Source: Candidatus Stercoripulliclostridium sp. (lineage in GTDB: Bacteria; Bacillota; Clostridia; Christensenellales; DTU072). From it: a stretch of 64,000 bases of DNA. The translations under genes and the position numbers were made by a program. The DNA lies in NCBI GenBank assembly GCA_045577735.1, contig JAZNIY010000013.1, positions 26,702-90,701 of the forward strand, given 5' to 3'. Below the pieces are notes generated by a model, which worked only from the letters and a program-made list of their open reading frames with translations, ran no database searches and was not told where the DNA came from. Shown here piece by piece: positions 61,786 through 64,000 of the stretch; position 1 is the first letter of the stretch, and each line of letters starts with the position of its first letter.

Positions 61786-62754
61786 ATGAAAAGGATTAAA
61801 AAGTTTATAGCAGCATTTGGCTCAATGTTAGTAATAGCAGTAGTGCTTGCAGGATTCCTTGCCCCCATGATGGCAAAGAGCACAGTAACTCTAGAAGCAT
61901 TTAAGCCCGGTGAAAAACCCGAAGGTGAAAAGCTTGACTTGGTTATGCCCGATGCAAACGATACCGAAGCAGTTATTAAGTTTGCAGCAGACCTTTATGC
62001 AATTGCTTCCGAAAAGTATTGCACCGCAGAAAACGTAGCATATCAAACCAGCTACACCAACACCATGCTTAACGTTCCCGTTGCAGGTTATCGTTTCAAC
62101 CTACGCAACCAAGACAGAACTCACTATACCGAATACGCATACATTAATGGTGACACCAACAACCCCACCATTAAGGTTCTTATGGCTTTTATGGGCGCAT
62201 TTGCCGGCGATAGCACTCGTTTTGCGGAAGCTCGCTATACCGATGATAGCATGGATTATATCCAATCCACTAAGTACGTTGCTCCCGACCAAGACCATCA
62301 ACCCACCCCCGTTATTGATGAAGTTGGCTATCCCTCGTTTGATATTCCTTGGGGCGAAGCAACTACTTCAACAATGGAAAAGCACGATTATGGTTATCGT
62401 CTAACCGACCACGACGTCACTGTCGAAACCATTTCCGAAGCAACCGTAACTTATAACGAAGAAGAGGGCTACTACACTTTGAAGTTGAAGCTCGACCTCG
62501 TTAAGGCTACCGAAAACATCACCCTTCCCAACCTTAGAAAGAACGCAAACGATCCCGATGCTTACTACAGCAAGCTTGACCAAACCATCGAAATTTGGGA
62601 CAACGGCTATCCTCGTTTCTTCCTAGCAGAAGACACTTGGCAAGGTATGGTTGCAAGTGACCTCGTATTCTCCACCACCTATTACTTTGATGAATACTGG
62701 ACCAATATTGATAACTATCAATATATGAGCGAATACTGCAAACTTGTTGACTAA
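61786..62754 (+). CDS. Hypothetical membrane-anchored extracytoplasmic protein
   Basis: AGGAGA RBS 21 nt after the MFS stop. N-terminal TM FIAAFGSMLVIAVVLAGFLAPMM. I recognise no motif. Confidence 0.6.
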   Translation: MKRIKKFIAAFGSMLVIAVVLAGFLAPMMAKSTVTLEAFKPGEKPEGEKLDLVMPDANDTEAVIKFAADLYAIASEKYCTAENVAYQTSYTNTMLNVPVAGYRFNLRNQDRTHYTEYAYINGDTNNPTIKVLMAFMGAFAGDSTRFAEARYTDDSMDYIQSTKYVAPDQDHQPTPVIDEVGYPSFDIPWGEATTSTMEKHDYGYRLTDHDVTVETISEATVTYNEEEGYYTLKLKLDLVKATENITLPNLRKNANDPDAYYSKLDQTIEIWDNGYPRFFLAEDTWQGMVASDLVFSTTYYFDEYWTNIDNYQYMSEYCKLVD

Positions 62755-62770
62755 TCTAAACAAATAGAAA

Positions 62771-62801
62771 ACGGCACCCGTTTATGGGTGCCGTATTTTT
62801 T
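62771..62801. terminator. Bidirectional intrinsic terminator
   Basis: ACGGCACCC-gtttat-GGGTGCCGT followed by ATTTTTTG, with AAAA upstream. It lies between convergent genes. Confidence 0.9.
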
Positions 62802-62808
62802 GTCTTAA

Positions 62809-64000
62809 TTATTGTAGCAATGAAAGAAGTTGTTCTTTAAGATTATAGTAGCCGGACTCTAAGCCGTTTGGTGGCACTATGGTGTTAGGGGTGGAAAGTA
62901 TTTCAATAGGGGCTTTTAGGACGTTAAAACAAGCCTTTTGAAGGGTTGATGCAACGTCGGTCATGATTCCTCCGCCAATGGAGCTTTCGCCCATTATGAC
63001 GGCTCTTCCCGTTTTCATAACAGAAGCAATTATTGGTTCGTAATCTATTGGTGCAAGGCGCACAAGGGAGATTATTTCTAGGTCGCAACTACTTTCTTTT
63101 TGTGCTTCAATGGCATCGTAAACGGTGGGACCAACGGCAATAATTGTGAGCCTATCTCCCATCATTTTGATTGATGAATTTTCGACAATGCCCGCACTTT
63201 GGGGTGCCGTATTTGTCAAGTCAGTGCGCTTATAGAACTCTTTTGGCTCAAATATTATCGTTGGATCGGTAGAGGCAATAGAGGAGCGAAGAACGGCAAG
63301 CATATCGCTTGGCGTGCTGGGATAATAGACCTTTAACCCACCCACTCTTGCAATAAGCCCGGAAAGGTCTTGTGAGTGTTGTCCACCATAACTTCTACCT
63401 ACCGGAAGCCTTAACGTTAGAGGGAGCGAGATTGTGCCACCGGAAAGGGTTTGCCACTTCCCGGCTTGGTTAATTATTTCATCGCTTGCCCTAGTAAGAA
63501 AATCAGCATAGAGAAGTTCTGCAATAACGTTGCCTCCACGCATTGCGTAACCTATTTCAGCCCCAACTATAGCAGACTCAGCGATAGGTGTGTTAAATAG
63601 TTTTTCGTAAGGAAGAACGTTTTCAAAATTATAGAATACCGAATTTTCAGACTGCCAACCACGTACGTCTTCGCCATAGGCAATAAAGGATGGGTGAGAA
63701 GCGTAACCCTCCAAAATTCCAAGAGAAATAGCATCGCGTATGGTAAACTCCTTTGCCGACTTGTTAATTAGCTTTTGGTAAATTTCACTCTCTTTTAGGC
63801 TTGAATCATTTGAAGATTTAACTAGGTTTCCATTATTAAACAGATGTTTGGAAATATAGTTCTTGTCACGTTTAAGGTTAACGCAAGGACTAATGCTTTC
63901 ATCAATAGCAAGCGAATATGCGTTTAGAACGCGTGCTGATACTTGGATCTTTATTTCATCAATTTCCTCTTTTGTCGCAATACCGTTTTCAATTAAGGAA
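62809..64000 (-). CDS. Fused 2-oxoacid (pyruvate/branched-chain) dehydrogenase E1 alpha-beta subunit; N-terminal part lies beyond the window
   Basis: The ORF-track start at 63714 is only a TTG codon. I translated the same frame through 63715-64000 and found no stop. That stretch reads ...ENGIATKEEIDEIKIQVSARVLNAYSLAIDESISP (E1-alpha C-terminus-like)...EFTIRDAISLGILEGYASHPSFIAYGEDV (E1-beta N-terminus). The beta part contains PIAESAIVGAEIGYAMRGG...ADFLTRASDEIINQAGKW. Confidence 0.8.
   Translation of the reverse strand, partial: SLIENGIATKEEIDEIKIQVSARVLNAYSLAIDESISPCVNLKRDKNYISKHLFNNGNLVKSSNDSSLKESEIYQKLINKSAKEFTIRDAISLGILEGYASHPSFIAYGEDVRGWQSENSVFYNFENVLPYEKLFNTPIAESAIVGAEIGYAMRGGNVIAELLYADFLTRASDEIINQAGKWQTLSGGTISLPLTLRLPVGRSYGGQHSQDLSGLIARVGGLKVYYPSTPSDMLAVLRSSIASTDPTIIFEPKEFYKRTDLTNTAPQSAGIVENSSIKMMGDRLTIIAVGPTVYDAIEAQKESSCDLEIISLVRLAPIDYEPIIASVMKTGRAVIMGESSIGGGIMTDVASTLQKACFNVLKAPIEILSTPNTIVPPNGLESGYYNLKEQLLSLLQ

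Noticed and set aside
1-64000. tRNA, rRNA, transposase, integrase or prophage genes, toxin-antitoxin pairs, and known defence systems.
   Set aside because: I scanned the intergenic regions and the ORF translations. I found no cloverleaf-like GTTCRA T-arm contexts, no DDE, tyrosine or serine recombinase motifs, and no phage structural genes. I therefore report none.

Overview
This 64-kb window looks like it comes from an endospore-forming Firmicute, probably Clostridia-like, with moderate to low GC. Supporting signs are a sleB-ypeB germination operon, several textbook sigma-A TTGACA-17-TATAAT promoters, AGGAG-type RBSs, a TPP riboswitch and NrdR boxes. About 47% of the window (5486-36613) is a co-oriented array of three giant exported proteins of 3023, 3590 and 3425 aa. 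They are interrupted only by a small sugar-phosphate isomerase gene and are closed by a single canonical terminator. Each is built from an uncharacterised N-terminal head module, InlB-B-repeat-like elements and dozens of Ig-like/MBG-like repeats. Two of them end in a TM helix plus basic tail with no LPXTG. The second notable locus is nrdG, then nrdD with a fused C-terminal glutaredoxin-like CPNC domain, then a TrxB-like flavoprotein that lacks the HRRxxxR NADPH motif, with two NrdR boxes in front of nrdD. The rest of the window holds: a macro-HTH fusion plus a vWA protein; a standalone condensation-domain acyltransferase; an HSL-type esterase; a DAG-kinase-family lipid kinase; a 1241-aa double metallophosphoesterase; nnrD; an ABC exporter operon with a Big_2/beta-helix exoprotein; a low-GC ORFan flanked by a duplicated structured terminator-like repeat; thiN and a riboswitch-controlled extended thiT; a lipoprotein; a ComEC-type MBL hydrolase; an MFS transporter; and a fused 2-oxoacid dehydrogenase E1 alpha/beta gene running off the 3' edge. 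I recognised no rRNA, tRNA, CRISPR array, transposase, integrase or phage genes. All domain calls come from reading motifs by eye; no database search was possible.
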